A stretch of DNA of 64,000 bases from Vicinamibacteria bacterium (GCA_963422395.1 OY729431.1:96001-160000); one strand, 5' to 3'; shown: positions 1-13,958, counted from the stretch's first letter. Notes: generated by a model not told the origin, from the letters alone. Program-made: numbers and translations.

Positions 1-1455
<1,455 letters not shown>

Positions 1456-1491
1456 GACGCCGCCGGCTTCCCTCCCGCCCGCCGGCTGTGG

Positions 1492-1950
1492 TCAGCTGCC
1501 GTCGTCGTCGTCCGTGTCCCCGCCCTCCCGCAGGTGGCGGACGAGATAGAACACGGACACGAGTTCGAGGCCGACCCCGGCGCCGAGCAGCCACTTCGTC
1601 GGGGTGTCCAAGCCCAGTCGATTGCCGTCCGCGTCATAGCACTTGTTGTAGCCGCTGATCGCTACTCCGCCGACCTTCTGGGGGTCACCGGGTCCGGTTT
1701 CTCGGCACGGCAACCAGCGCCAGAGGCCGGCCCCGACGAAGGCCATGGCACCGCTCAGCGCGAAGGCGATCGCGCTGCGCCGGGCGTCGTCCTCACGGAG
1801 GATCCCGGTGGTGATCGTGCTCGTGTTCTGGACGGAATACGCCCCGCTGGCAGCAGCAACTCCGACGGCCTCCAGGAGCGACTGGGGATGAGCGTAGAGG
1901 GGAGCCCCGCCCAAGCTGAAGACCAGGAGAAATGCGGCGAACTTCCTCAT
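1492..1950 (-). CDS. Hypothetical exported/membrane protein
   Basis: ATG at 1950 gives signal-peptide-like MRKFAAFLLVFSLGG and two further hydrophobic segments. Confidence 0.6.
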   Translation of the reverse strand: MRKFAAFLLVFSLGGAPLYAHPQSLLEAVGVAAASGAYSVQNTSTITTGILREDDARRSAIAFALSGAMAFVGAGLWRWLPCRETGPGDPQKVGGVAISGYNKCYDADGNRLGLDTPTKWLLGAGVGLELVSVFYLVRHLREGGDTDDDDGS

Positions 1951-1963
1951 TCGAAAAGCCTTT

Positions 1964-2467
1964 TCAGTTGCGTACCCGGATGGATACGTTCCCGGCGACC
2001 ACCGTCTCGCCGCTGCGCTGGAGCCGAAGCCAGACCCGATAGGTCCCGGGCAGCGAAAAACGGTGGCTCGAAGAGAAGAAGGTCTCGACTTCCGCACCTT
2101 CTTCGTAGGGGTCGCAGTCCGGCTCGTACACCGATTCGGTGTCGTCGTCCCAGTCCCAGACCTCTTCGAGACAGTAGTAGTCCTCGAGTTCTTCCGCGGT
2201 GTCGAGATCCTCGAGGCGCGCCGAAACCCGGACATCGAGCGAGGGGCGGCGCGCCTCTCCCGGCATCCGGGGACGAAGGAACAGCTGGCGGGGAGCCCTC
2301 AGGACCAGTTTCGGCTCCAGCCGCGGCAGAGTCGGCGCCGAGAAAGCGGAAGCCTCTTCCTCTCCGCTGGCGATCGGGGCCGCCGCAGGGTCGCCGGAGA
2401 AGCCGGCTGCCGGGCCGGCGAACAGGAACCCGACGAATAGAAGCCCCGCTGGCAGGAGGCGCCTCAC
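1964..2467 (-). CDS. Secreted PKD-domain-like protein
   Basis: Signal-like VRRLLPAGLLFVGFLF; WDWDD and HRFSLPGTYRVWLRL resemble PKD motifs. Confidence 0.6.
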   Translation of the reverse strand: MRRLLPAGLLFVGFLFAGPAAGFSGDPAAAPIASGEEEASAFSAPTLPRLEPKLVLRAPRQLFLRPRMPGEARRPSLDVRVSARLEDLDTAEELEDYYCLEEVWDWDDDTESVYEPDCDPYEEGAEVETFFSSSHRFSLPGTYRVWLRLQRSGETVVAGNVSIRVRN

Positions 2468-2591
2468 AGCGAAGGTGCGGGGAGAGAGAAAACCGGGAGG
2501 CGCACAGGAAGGCGATTCTATCGCCGCGCGGCGTCGTCGAAATTCAGGTGCCGGGCCGGGCTCAGCCGGGCCGAGTTCCGCTAGACCGGAT

Positions 2592-3047
2592 TCAGATGGG
2601 CTGGGCGGGCGCTTTCGCTTCGGCTTCCGCAACCCGAAGACGCGCCTCGGCGCGGGCGACCGCCTGCTGGGCGCGGTCCACATCGTAGGCTGCGCCGAAC
2701 TCCTCGAGGCGCTCCCGCGCCCGGGTCAGAGCGCTCTCGGCGCGCGAGAGATCGATGTCCTGGGGCCGTTCGGCGGTCTCGGCGAGCACGATGACCGCGT
2801 CGTCGAAGACCTCCAAAAACCCCCAGTGGACGGCGAGGAAGTGGGCTTCCTCTCCCTGGCGGTACTGGAGCCGCCCGCTGCGTATCTGGCTCAGGAGCGG
2901 TGCGTGCCCGGGCAGAACGCCGAAATAGCCGAGCACTCCCGGGGCTTCCACATAGTCCACCTGGTCGCGGAAGACCACTCCGCCCGGAGTGATGACCTCG
3001 AGCCGGAGCCTTTTTTCGGCACGCACCACGGCAGCGTCGCCCTCCAC
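2592..3047 (-). CDS. atpC: ATP synthase F1 epsilon subunit
   Basis: LEVITP, GYFGVLPGHAPLLS, AVHWGFLEV; last gene of the atp operon. Confidence 0.95.
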   Translation of the reverse strand: MEGDAAVVRAEKRLRLEVITPGGVVFRDQVDYVEAPGVLGYFGVLPGHAPLLSQIRSGRLQYRQGEEAHFLAVHWGFLEVFDDAVIVLAETAERPQDIDLSRAESALTRARERLEEFGAAYDVDRAQQAVARAEARLRVAEAEAKAPAQPI

Positions 3048-3056
3048 GGAGCGGCC

Positions 3057-5410
<2,354 letters not shown>

Positions 5411-5436
5411 GAAGCGGGTCTATTCCTGTCTATTCC

Positions 5437-5623
5437 CTAGCAGCCTGTGGATGAAGTGGCGCGAGCCCAAAGAGCGGTGAGGCGCCCGGCTGGCAAGGCG
5501 CGTGAGGGAGGAATACCGAGTGTATTTCGACCGAAACGCAACGATGAGCGCCGTGAAACGGCGCGGTTCAGCCGGGATGCATCGCCGCTCGACGGCCGTG
5601 TGACTTTGTCCACAGGCTGCTAG
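5437..5623. mobile_element. MITE copy 1 (179 bp element plus CTAG/CTAG duplication)
   Basis: CTAG-CAGCCTGTGGA...TCCACAGGCTG-CTAG; right CTAG contains the atpA stop; homologous to other copies in the window. Confidence 0.9.
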
Positions 5624-7140
5624 GACGCGCGGGCGCGGAAGACCTCGCGCTCGAACTCGGAGATCGCCTCCCGGAGCGCTGCGGTGAGCGAATCGTCGAG
5701 TTTCTTCTCTTCGCGGATCCGCAGGAGCGTGCCCGGATGGCGGGCCGCGAGAAATTCGTGGAGTTCCGCCTCGAAGCCGCGGCAATCGCGCGGCGCGAGA
5801 TCATCCAGGAATCCCTCGTTCGCGGCGAAGATGGCCGCCACCTGTTTCTCCACTGGCAGCGGCTGGTACTGGTCCTGTTTCAACACTTCGGTGAGGCGCT
5901 CTCCCTTCGCCAGTTGCGCCTGGGTGGCCTTGTCGAGATCCGAGCCGAACTGGGCGAATGCCGCCATCTCCCGGTACTGAGCCAGCTGGAGGCGCATCGT
6001 GCCGGCCACTTGCCGCATGGCCCGGATCTGCGCCGAACCCCCGACTCGGCTCACCGAGTTGCCCACATTGATCGCCGGTCGGATTCCGGCGTTGAACAAG
6101 TCGCTTTCGAGATAGATCTGCCCGTCGGTGATCGAGATGACATTCGTGGGCACATAGGCCGAAAGGTCGCCGGCCTGGGTCTCGATGAAGGGGAAGGCGG
6201 TGAGAGAGCCGCCGCCCCGTTCGTCGGAAAGCTTGGACGCCCGCTCGAGCAGCCGCGAGTGGAGATAGAAGACATCCCCAGGGTAGGCCTCGCGCCCGGG
6301 GGGCCGCCGAAGCAGGAGCGAGATCTCCCGATAGGCGGCCGCGTGTTTCGAGAGGTCGTCGTAGATGCACAGCGCGTGGCCGCCGCGGTCCATGAAGTAC
6401 TCGCCCATGGCGCAGCCGGAGTAGGGAGCGAGGTACTGGAGAGGTGCTGGCTCCGAAGCGGAGGCCGAGACCACGATCGTGTGGTCGAGAGCGCCATGGT
6501 CCTCGAGGGTGCGGACCACCTGCGCCACCGTGGAGAGCTTTTGTCCCACGGCGACATAGACCGCGACCACGCCGGTGTCCCGCTGGTTGATGATCGCGTC
6601 CACGGCAATCGCCGTCTTGCCGGTCTGGCGGTCGCCGATGATGAGTTCACGCTGCCCCCTGCCGATGGGGATCATGGCGTCCACCGCCTTCACCCCGGTC
6701 TGGAGCGGCTCCTTGACCGGCTGCCGGGCCACGATGCCCGGGGCGATCCGTTCCACCGGGTTCGCCTCGGAGGTCTCGATGGGGCCCTTGCCGTCGAGGG
6801 GCCGCCCGAGGGCGTCCACCACCCGGCCCTTCATCGCCTCGCCCACCGGCACCTGGAGGATCCGATGGGTGCGCCGCGCCGTGTCTCCCTCGCGGATACG
6901 GGCGACTTCGCCGAAGAGCACGAGTCCCACGGCGCTCTCTTCGAGGTTCAGCGCCAGCCCGAAGACCTCGTGGGGCAACTCCACGAGCTCCCCGTACATG
7001 ACGCCTTCGAGGCCGTGCACTCGGGCGATCCCGTCTCCCGAAGAGACCACGGTGCCGATCTCGGCGACATCCACCCCCGGCTGGTGGCCGGCGATCTGTT
7101 CCCGCAGCAAAGCGGCGATTTCATCGGCTCGAATGGTCAT
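5620..7140 (-). CDS. atpA: ATP synthase F1 alpha subunit
   Basis: MTIRADEI start, [31 protein letters not shown]. Confidence 0.98.
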   Translation of the reverse strand: MTIRADEIAALLREQIAGHQPGVDVAEIGTVVSSGDGIARVHGLEGVMYGELVELPHEVFGLALNLEESAVGLVLFGEVARIREGDTARRTHRILQVPVGEAMKGRVVDALGRPLDGKGPIETSEANPVERIAPGIVARQPVKEPLQTGVKAVDAMIPIGRGQRELIIGDRQTGKTAIAVDAIINQRDTGVVAVYVAVGQKLSTVAQVVRTLEDHGALDHTIVVSASASEPAPLQYLAPYSGCAMGEYFMDRGGHALCIYDDLSKHAAAYREISLLLRRPPGREAYPGDVFYLHSRLLERASKLSDERGGGSLTAFPFIETQAGDLSAYVPTNVISITDGQIYLESDLFNAGIRPAINVGNSVSRVGGSAQIRAMRQVAGTMRLQLAQYREMAAFAQFGSDLDKATQAQLAKGERLTEVLKQDQYQPLPVEKQVAAIFAANEGFLDDLAPRDCRGFEAELHEFLAARHPGTLLRIREEKKLDDSLTAALREAISEFEREVFRARAS

Positions 7141-7171
7141 GGACTTACCTGTAATTCGTTGACTTTGCTGT

Positions 7172-7723
7172 TTATTGAGGGACAAACCCGTATCGGCCAG
7201 AAAATCGGCGCAACTCGCCGCTGACGCTCGCGTCGTAGATCCGGTTCCCGGTGCGCACGAGCAAGCCGCCCAGCAGCGAAGGATCTCTGCGGAAGCGAAG
7301 CCGCGGCTTTCCCCCGAGCATCTCCGCGAGGGCGCCGCGGACTGCCATGCGGCTTCGTTCGTCGAGTGGACGGGCGGAGACGACTTCCGCCTCGACGATT
7401 CCGCGGTGGTTGTCGAGGGCTTCGCGGAAGGCAGCGGCGGTCTGCGGCAGCTCGCGGCCGCGCTCGTGCTCCACCATCACCGCAGCGAAGCGGCCCAGCC
7501 TCGACCCCGGGGCCAGCCGGTCTCCGACTGCATTCGCCAGCCGGGCCCGGCGGGCGCGCGGAATCGCCGGCGAGACCAAGGCGGCGGCGAGGTCCGGGGA
7601 GCCCTGAAGCAGCTCCGCCAGCTGGTCGAGCGCCTCTGCCAGAACTTCCGATTCGTCCCCGGAGGAGACTGCGGTTTCGAGCAGCACCCGGGCGTAGTGC
7701 CGAGAGACTTCGCTCGACCGCAC
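7172..7723 (-). CDS. atpH: ATP synthase delta subunit
   Basis: [32 protein letters not shown]; position before atpA. Confidence 0.9.
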   Translation of the reverse strand: MRSSEVSRHYARVLLETAVSSGDESEVLAEALDQLAELLQGSPDLAAALVSPAIPRARRARLANAVGDRLAPGSRLGRFAAVMVEHERGRELPQTAAAFREALDNHRGIVEAEVVSARPLDERSRMAVRGALAEMLGGKPRLRFRRDPSLLGGLLVRTGNRIYDASVSGELRRFSGRYGFVPQ

Positions 7724-7739
7724 GAAGACGCCTCCAGGT

Positions 7740-8294
7740 TCAGCTCGATCGGATCGCGGCGATCCCGGCGTTCAGGAGCCGCTCGTGATCTTCGTCGGAC
7801 AGAGAGTTCTCGACGCGCGAGCGTGCGAGCCGGGCCGCAAGCCGCGCAGCGTCGGCGGCCAGCCGGCGTTCGGCTCGGCGCACTTCCTGCTGGAGTTCCG
7901 CTTCGGCCGCCGCGGTGATCTTCCGGGCCTGCGTCTCGGCAGCGGCCACGATGCGGCGGCCTTCTTCTGCAGCGGACTCGGCGATCCGCCGACGGGCCGC
8001 TTCCACTTCGTCGTCAAGCGATGCCGTGCGGCTCCTGGCCAGCTCCCGGGCACGCGCCGCCTCTTCCCGGTCGGCGCGGGCGTCGGCAAGCTGTTCCCGG
8101 ATCTGCTGTGCCCGGGCCCCGAGCCAGGCGGCGAGCGGTTTCCGGAGCGCGAGAACCAGAATGGCGGCGAGGATCGTGAAATTGACGATCTTGGGAAGCT
8201 CGGATCCTCCGCCGGCCTCGGCAGCGCCCGCAAGCGTCGGCACCGCGAGGATCGATCCCCCGACGAGCGCCGAGCAGCCGAGCCGATGGATCAT
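7740..8294 (-). CDS. atpF: ATP synthase F0 subunit b
   Basis: KIVNFTILAAILVLALRKPL followed by a long Ala/Glu/Arg coiled coil. Confidence 0.85.
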   Translation of the reverse strand: MIHRLGCSALVGGSILAVPTLAGAAEAGGGSELPKIVNFTILAAILVLALRKPLAAWLGARAQQIREQLADARADREEAARARELARSRTASLDDEVEAARRRIAESAAEEGRRIVAAAETQARKITAAAEAELQQEVRRAERRLAADAARLAARLARSRVENSLSDEDHERLLNAGIAAIRSS

Positions 8295-8719
8295 GAGGCG
8301 CGGCGCAATACCCGAGCAGCGAGTTCGGACGCGAGGCTCTCGGCGTCAGCTTCCAATTCGACAGCGGCGTGGGCGGATTCCTCGCGGAGCGAGCGCTTCC
8401 CTGCCTCGAGTGCTCTCGAAGCGCGTTCCCGGGATTCCGCCAGCGAACGTTCGGCCCGCTCGCCGGCTTCCTGACGGACCCGGTCCATTTCCCGGTAACC
8501 GACCCGTCGGACTTCGGCGAGAGCTTCGGAAAGGCGAGCCTCGGTGCGGGCCGCTTCCGCCTCGGCGCCTTGCCGGCGCCGCCGGGCTTCGGCCCGATTT
8601 TCCTCCCGCGCCTCCATCGTGCGTGCGAGCGGCTCGAAAAATTGGGATTTCAGCACCAGGACCAGCAGCACCACGAGCGCGGACACCACGAGCGCGGAGA
8701 GGTCGGGAATGATCGTCAC
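8291..8719 (-). CDS. ATP synthase F0 subunit b'
   Basis: N-terminal TM, LKSQFFEPL, coiled coil; tandem with atpF. Confidence 0.85.
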   Translation of the reverse strand: MTIIPDLSALVVSALVVLLVLVLKSQFFEPLARTMEAREENRAEARRRRQGAEAEAARTEARLSEALAEVRRVGYREMDRVRQEAGERAERSLAESRERASRALEAGKRSLREESAHAAVELEADAESLASELAARVLRRAS

Positions 8720-8934
8720 GAAACGAGCCGGGCAACAGGTCGGGCGGGGGGAAGGGGCCGCGCGTGGAGAAGAGGAGGAACGCCGGTCCGCAGACCGGTG
8801 CGCGGCTGCCTGAGGGGAGCCCCTGGAGGGTCCGCCACGGGCGTCGGAAGGCTATCACCGCACCCTGGGGTTGCCAAGAGTTACCCGGGAGTCCGGAAGA
8901 GCCTGGGGCGCAGTGCCGGTCGATTTCGGGCTGG

Positions 8935-9414
8935 CTATTCGCCGCCGCGGAGCGTCTGGTTTTGGGCAGGATTCGAGGGTTCGCCGACTGGCTCCACCCC
9001 GGATTCCACGACACCGGCAGGATTCGGCGCGGGAGGATTCGAGGCCTCTGGGCGGGAGCGCTGGTAGTCGGGGTGGATGTGGAACCGGGCGCCATCCGTA
9101 TTGCTTTCGATTTCGAGTCGCAGGCTGGCTGCCTGAACGGTCACGCCGACGATGACGCCGCCGGAGCGGATTTCGACCTCGTGGGCGTCTATCTTTCCCG
9201 AGACTCGTCCTCCATCTTCAACGACCACCCTCTCGGCGAAGATGCTTCCGTCGAAGGATCCGTCGGTCCCCACCGAGACCACCCCCTGCGAGTGGATCTC
9301 ACCGGAGAAGTCGCCGTTCACGCTGAACGGGCCGGGGGCAGTGAGCCGACCGGTGAGTCGCGATCCGGCGCCCACGAAACCGCTGTATGCCTCCTGCGAG
9401 ACTTCTCTGGCCAT
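8935..9414 (-). CDS. Bactofilin (polymer-forming cytoskeletal protein)
   Basis: Beta-helix pattern GFVGAGSRLTGRL..VNGDFSGEI..VSVGTDGSFDGSI..VSGKI; Pro-rich tail. Confidence 0.85.
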   Translation of the reverse strand: MAREVSQEAYSGFVGAGSRLTGRLTAPGPFSVNGDFSGEIHSQGVVSVGTDGSFDGSIFAERVVVEDGGRVSGKIDAHEVEIRSGGVIVGVTVQAASLRLEIESNTDGARFHIHPDYQRSRPEASNPPAPNPAGVVESGVEPVGEPSNPAQNQTLRGGE

Positions 9415-9416
9415 GA

Positions 9417-10262
9417 CTATTTCTCTCCTCTGGCGGTGAAGAGGACGAAAACGCGCTGCAGGTCGTCTTCGGAAAAGAACCGGATGTGCACCGAACCGCC
9501 CTTGCCGCGACGATGGATCTTCACCGGCAGCCCCACTCCCTGCTGCATCCGCTCCTCCGCGTCGCGGCTGTTGGGGTCGAGAGTCTTTGGGGAGCTTCCA
9601 CGAGCGGCCCCGCCGTCCTGAAGCGCGCGCACTCGCCGTTCCACTTCGCGCACCGACAGGTCCTGCCGCATGATCTCCCTTGCGAGACGGCGTTGATCGT
9701 CACGGGCGAGCCCGAGCAGCGCCCGGCCGGCAGCAGCCCGGAGGCGGCCGCTCTCGACGAACCCGCGCACTTCGGGATCCAGATCGAGCAGGCGAAGGGC
9801 GTTCGTGACCGCGGTACGGCTTCGCCCGACCTCGGCGGCGATTTCTTCGTGGGTCAGACCGGTCTCGTCGGCGAGGCGGCGGAAGGCGAGCGATTCCTCG
9901 ATGGGATTCAGGTTCTCTCGTTGCAAGTTCTCGATGAGCGCCAGAAGTCCGAGATCGTCATCCGCCACCTCACGGACCACCACCGGCACCCGCTCAAGGC
10001 CTGCCTGCCTGGCAGCACGCCAGCGACGCTCACCGGCGATGATCTGGAAGCGCTCGGCGCGCTCCCGGATGACGATCGGCTCGATCAGCCCATGAGTTTC
10101 GATGGAGGCCGCCAATCCGGCGAGATTCTCGGGGGATATCTCCGATCGCGGCTGTTGCGGGTTGGGCTCCAATTGGTCCACCGGCAACTCTCGATACCCC
10201 GCAGCCGGCGCCGCTGCGGGCAGCAGGGCATCGAGGCCGCGCCCGAGTCTTCGGCGTTTCAT
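9417..10262 (-). CDS. parB: Chromosome partitioning protein ParB/Spo0J
   Basis: LGRGLDALL, PNPQQPR, IIAGERRWRAA, ENLQRENLNPIEE, HTH. Confidence 0.96.
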   Translation of the reverse strand: MKRRRLGRGLDALLPAAAPAAGYRELPVDQLEPNPQQPRSEISPENLAGLAASIETHGLIEPIVIRERAERFQIIAGERRWRAARQAGLERVPVVVREVADDDLGLLALIENLQRENLNPIEESLAFRRLADETGLTHEEIAAEVGRSRTAVTNALRLLDLDPEVRGFVESGRLRAAAGRALLGLARDDQRRLAREIMRQDLSVREVERRVRALQDGGAARGSSPKTLDPNSRDAEERMQQGVGLPVKIHRRGKGGSVHIRFFSEDDLQRVFVLFTARGEK

Positions 10263-11038
10263 CGGGAGAGCACTTCCCTCGCGAGTTTCGAATACGCAGC
10301 GACCGCTTTCGACCCTGGATCGTAGAGCTGGACAGGGAGTCCAAAGGAAGGAGCTTCAGCGAGACGAACGGATCGCGGCACTTCCGCCTCGAGCACTTGC
10401 CTGCCGAGTCCACGCCGGACTTCGGCGATGACTTGCCGGGACAGATTCATCCGGCGGTCCACCATGGTGAAGAACACTCCGAACAACTGGAGGTCGGGAT
10501 TCCAGGATTCCCCGATGCGCGCCACGGTATCCAGCAGCCGGGAAAGGCCCTGCATGGCGAAGAATTCGCACTGCATCGGCACCAGCACGGAATCGGCCGC
10601 CACCAGCGCGTTCACCGTCAACAGGCCGAGCGAGGGGGGGCAATCCAGCAGAACGAATTCCGTCGTCGCGGAGTCGGAGCGGGAGAAGGCGGCCAAGCTC
10701 TCCCGCAGACGGGAAGCCCGGCGCTTCGGGTCGCGAAACTCCGCGGCGAGTTCGAGATCGACACCGGCGAGGGAAGGATCCGAAGGACAGGCGCTCAAGT
10801 TCTCCACTCCCGTGGGAAGCACTGTCCGGGCGAGAGGCTCTCCGTCCACGATCGCGTCATAGGTGCTGTAGCCGTCTTCGGCGATCCGGAGATCGAGGCT
10901 GGCGGTAAGGCTTCCCTGGGGATCGAGGTCCACCACCAGAGATCGTCGGCCCGCCTCGGCGAGCGCCGCGCCGAGGTTGACCGTGGTGGTGGTTTTCCCC
11001 ACCCCACCTTTCTGATTGGCGACCGCCAGAACGCGCAT
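10259..11038 (-). CDS. parA: Chromosome partitioning ATPase ParA/Soj
   Basis: ANQKGGVGKTTT, DLDPQG, LDCPPSLG, LAEAPSFG; ATG 11038 (the upstream ORF extension lies in the MITE). Confidence 0.96.
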   Translation of the reverse strand: MRVLAVANQKGGVGKTTTTVNLGAALAEAGRRSLVVDLDPQGSLTASLDLRIAEDGYSTYDAIVDGEPLARTVLPTGVENLSACPSDPSLAGVDLELAAEFRDPKRRASRLRESLAAFSRSDSATTEFVLLDCPPSLGLLTVNALVAADSVLVPMQCEFFAMQGLSRLLDTVARIGESWNPDLQLFGVFFTMVDRRMNLSRQVIAEVRRGLGRQVLEAEVPRSVRLAEAPSFGLPVQLYDPGSKAVAAYSKLAREVLSR

Positions 11039-11054
11039 GACGACGGGTCGAAGG

Positions 11055-11235
11055 CTAGCAGCCTGTGGACGAAGTCGCACGGCCGTCGACCAGCGATGCA
11101 TCACGGCGGAAACACTCCGCTCGGCGTTGTTGCGATTCGGTCGGAATACTCCCGGTATGCCTCCCGAATCGCGCCTTGTCCGCCGCGCGCCTCGCCACTC
11201 TTTGGGCTCGCGCTACTTCATCCACAGACTGCTAG
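11055..11235. mobile_element. MITE copy 2 (173 bp, inverted relative to copy 1; CTAG/CTAG)
   Basis: CTAG-CAGCCTGTGGAC...TCCACAGACTG-CTAG. Confidence 0.9.
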
Positions 11236-11274
11236 AAGCCACATGGACGAAGTCACCCGGCCGTCGACCGGCGA

Positions 11275-11290
11275 TGTTTCCCGTGAAACA
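11275..11290. promoter_or_regulatory. parS: parS site
   Basis: TGTTTCCCGTGAAACA, one mismatch to consensus TGTTTCACGTGAAACA; upstream of parA. Confidence 0.85.
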
Positions 11291-11311
11291 TCTTCCATCG
11301 GCTTCTCCGTT

Positions 11312-11974
11312 TCACTGGGTTCGTCGGGGACAGCCGATCCATACGATGCCCCGCTCCACCGGGACCGATCGCTCTTCGTAGAGACCGGACGGGAGGTCGG
11401 CTCGCTCCCGGGCGGCCTGGCTGGTCGGCCAGATCACCCGCGCTTCGGGCCGAAGCGCCTGCGCCAGTCCCTTCCATTCCTGCTTGCGCAGACGCACTGC
11501 GCGCAGCGTGACCGCCGTCGCTTTCCGCATTCGATTCCACTCTTCCGGTTGGCTCAGGAAGTTCTTGAGGCGGCACCGGACGACACGCACCCGGTCGGTG
11601 ATCCCCAGGTTTTCGATCGCGAGTTCGAGAAAGCCGACCGCCGTCCGTCGGGGTTCGAGCAGCGTCCACTCGCTGGCTCCGGAGACGACCGCCAGCGGCA
11701 ACGCTGGCGTTCCTCCGCCGCTGCCCACATCCAGGTACGGGCCTCGCGGCGGGAGGAAGGCCCGGAGCGCCAAGGCCTCTTCGAAGTAACCGCGAACCAG
11801 AGCTTCGGAAGAAGCGAAGCCGGTAATTCCCGCTTCCCGCCATTCGAGCAGCAGCGCGAGGAGCCGGGCCAGGGAAGCTTGCGCCGCCTCTTCGACCGGC
11901 GGCACCGCACCGGCGAGTGCCGATTCCAGCGCGCTCAGCGCGCCCCCGCTCGAGGCAGGGTTCGGAGAGTCCAC
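11312..11974 (-). CDS. rsmG: 16S rRNA m7G527 methyltransferase
   Basis: LDVGSGGGTPALPLA, TLLEP, VTLRAV; conserved position before parA. Confidence 0.85.
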   Translation of the reverse strand: MDSPNPASSGGALSALESALAGAVPPVEEAAQASLARLLALLLEWREAGITGFASSEALVRGYFEEALALRAFLPPRGPYLDVGSGGGTPALPLAVVSGASEWTLLEPRRTAVGFLELAIENLGITDRVRVVRCRLKNFLSQPEEWNRMRKATAVTLRAVRLRKQEWKGLAQALRPEARVIWPTSQAARERADLPSGLYEERSVPVERGIVWIGCPRRTQ

Positions 11975-11980
11975 GGACTG

Positions 11981-12179
11981 CTAACAGCCTGTGGATGAAG
12001 TGGCGCGAGCCCAAAGAGTGGTGAGGCGCGCGGCGGACAAGGCGCGATTCGGGAGGCATACCGGGAGTATTCCGACCGAATCGCAACAATGCCGAGCGAA
12101 GCGGTTCAGGCGGGGCCCCCACCGGGAGAACTGGGCATCGCCGACCTTTGGCCGGGTGACTTTGTCCACAGGCTGCTAA
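11981..12179. mobile_element. MITE copy 3 (191 bp; CTAA/CTAA)
   Basis: CTAA-CAGCCTGTGGA...TCCACAGGCTG-CTAA; right CTAA contains the yidC stop. Confidence 0.9.
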
Positions 12180-13945
12180 GCCCTGGTGGTCGGCGCTGCC
12201 CGCTTTCTCGATCGTTTCCCTTTCGCCGCCGGCATGAGCGCCTTCGCGGCCTCTTCCCGCCGGTTCATGATCCGAATCGTCACCGCCTGCTGCCCCATCG
12301 AGATCAGATTGTTGGCGAACCAGTAGAGCACGAGTCCCGAGGGTGCCCACGCGAGGATCAGGGTGAAGACCACCGGCAGGAACATCATGATCTTCGCCTG
12401 GACGCCTTCCGCCTGGGTGGTGGTCATCTTCTGCATGACCAACTGGCTCACACCCATCAGGATGGGGAGGATGAAGTACGGATCCTCGCGGGAAAGGTCC
12501 TCCACCCAGAAGGCGAACGGCGCGTGCCGCAGCTCGACCGAAACCACCAGCAATCGATAGAACGCGAAGAAGAACGGGATCATCAGCAGCATCGGGAGAC
12601 AGCCGCCGACGGGAGAGACGTTGTGCTCCCGGTAGAGCGCCACCATCTCCTGGTTCATGTCTTTCCGTTTCGGATCCGTCGGCTTCAGCGAGCGGTACTT
12701 GTCCTGGATCCGCTTGATCTGCGGGCTGATCCTCTGCATCCGCCGGATGGAGACATAGCTGTAGTGCTTCAGCGGAGCGAGGAGCAGGCTGATGAGCACC
12801 GTGACCAGCACGATCGCCCACCCGTAGTTTCCGAGAAGGTCGTAGGACCAGAGCAAGGCGGCGCGAAGGGGGACCACCAGGAAGCGCAGCCAAGGGCCGA
12901 ATTCCACGATGTCCATTCCTAAATCAGCCAGCAGCTCGACCTGCTTGGGTCCGGCGAAGAGGGTGAATGCGGCGGGCTCGGCGGAAATCAGCCGGGCCAG
13001 CAGCAGATCGCGCTCCCCGACCTCGCCTTCGGGAACATGATCGAAGCTCTCCCAGGGCAGAGAGAGAACCTCGACGGCGCCCTCGTAACGCTGCCCCGGC
13101 GCGGTGACCAGCAGTCCGGCGAAGTAGTGCGAGGCCACTCCGACGGCCTGCACCGCGAGTCCGGCTGCTTCCCCGTTCGCCACTTCGGAAAGCGAGAAGA
13201 GCCGACTCGCTCCCCCGGCTTTCAGCACTCCCTGATCCGCTCCCACATAGTTGCCGGTGTTGGTCTCATCACCGATCCCGGGGCCGTAGAGGATCTCCTT
13301 GAGCTGCTCCGCACCTCCCCGCCGCGCCGAAACCGTCACCTCCATCCGATATGCACCGCCCAGCACCCGCACCGTCTTGGACACCTCGAGGCCATCGGCA
13401 GTGGACCAGAGGAACTCGAGCTGCCGTGACTCGCCGCCGCGGACTTCGAGATCCACCGGCCCGGTGCGGACCCGTCCGTCCACGACGACCTCGTAGAGGG
13501 CAGCCGCCGAACGGCCCGGAGACGGATCGCCGGGCAGCACCAGATCCAACGGCCGCACCGAATGCACCAAATCGTCCCCCTGGGGGATCGTTTGGAAGGG
13601 GGCGTCGGTCGAATCGGTGTGCTCTCGCAAGCGCAGGCCGAGCAGGCGTCCGCCGCGGTTCGAGAACTCCGCGAGGTAACGGTCGGTGGCGACGGTGATC
13701 CGTTGTTCGCGCTCCGCTTGGCGCGTTTCGAAGGCTGCTGCGGACGGACTCGACTCGGTAGTGCTGATTTGCCCGATTGCACTTCGGCCTCCCGGTGTCG
13801 AGCTCCCGGGAGTGCTTCCCGGCGCTGCTGCTTCCTGGGCCGGCGGCGGGGTTCCGGCTGGAGGGGATTCCGGCCCGAAGAAGCGGACGAAAAGCAGGAA
13901 GACGATGAAACTCAGCAGGAACGCGAGCAGAACGCGGCGCTCCAT
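12176..13945 (-). CDS. yidC: Membrane protein insertase YidC
   Basis: MERRVLLAFLLS, GNYGWAIV, GGCLPML, PSGLVLYW. Confidence 0.96.
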   Translation of the reverse strand: MERRVLLAFLLSFIVFLLFVRFFGPESPPAGTPPPAQEAAAPGSTPGSSTPGGRSAIGQISTTESSPSAAAFETRQAEREQRITVATDRYLAEFSNRGGRLLGLRLREHTDSTDAPFQTIPQGDDLVHSVRPLDLVLPGDPSPGRSAAALYEVVVDGRVRTGPVDLEVRGGESRQLEFLWSTADGLEVSKTVRVLGGAYRMEVTVSARRGGAEQLKEILYGPGIGDETNTGNYVGADQGVLKAGGASRLFSLSEVANGEAAGLAVQAVGVASHYFAGLLVTAPGQRYEGAVEVLSLPWESFDHVPEGEVGERDLLLARLISAEPAAFTLFAGPKQVELLADLGMDIVEFGPWLRFLVVPLRAALLWSYDLLGNYGWAIVLVTVLISLLLAPLKHYSYVSIRRMQRISPQIKRIQDKYRSLKPTDPKRKDMNQEMVALYREHNVSPVGGCLPMLLMIPFFFAFYRLLVVSVELRHAPFAFWVEDLSREDPYFILPILMGVSQLVMQKMTTTQAEGVQAKIMMFLPVVFTLILAWAPSGLVLYWFANNLISMGQQAVTIRIMNRREEAAKALMPAAKGKRSRKRAAPTTRA

Positions 13946-13958
13946 CGTCTCTCCCTCC

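Noticed and set aside
5420-5804. Short ORFs recurring at each repeat (AACGQSH, LWTKSHG, FIHRLL peptides)
   Set aside because: These are translations of the MITE in various frames, with no consistent start or length across copies
5437-12179. Repeats interpreted as a CRISPR array or tRNA/rRNA
   Set aside because: The copies are dispersed and long with terminal inverted repeats; there is no spacer periodicity, no cas gene, and no tRNA or rRNA seen
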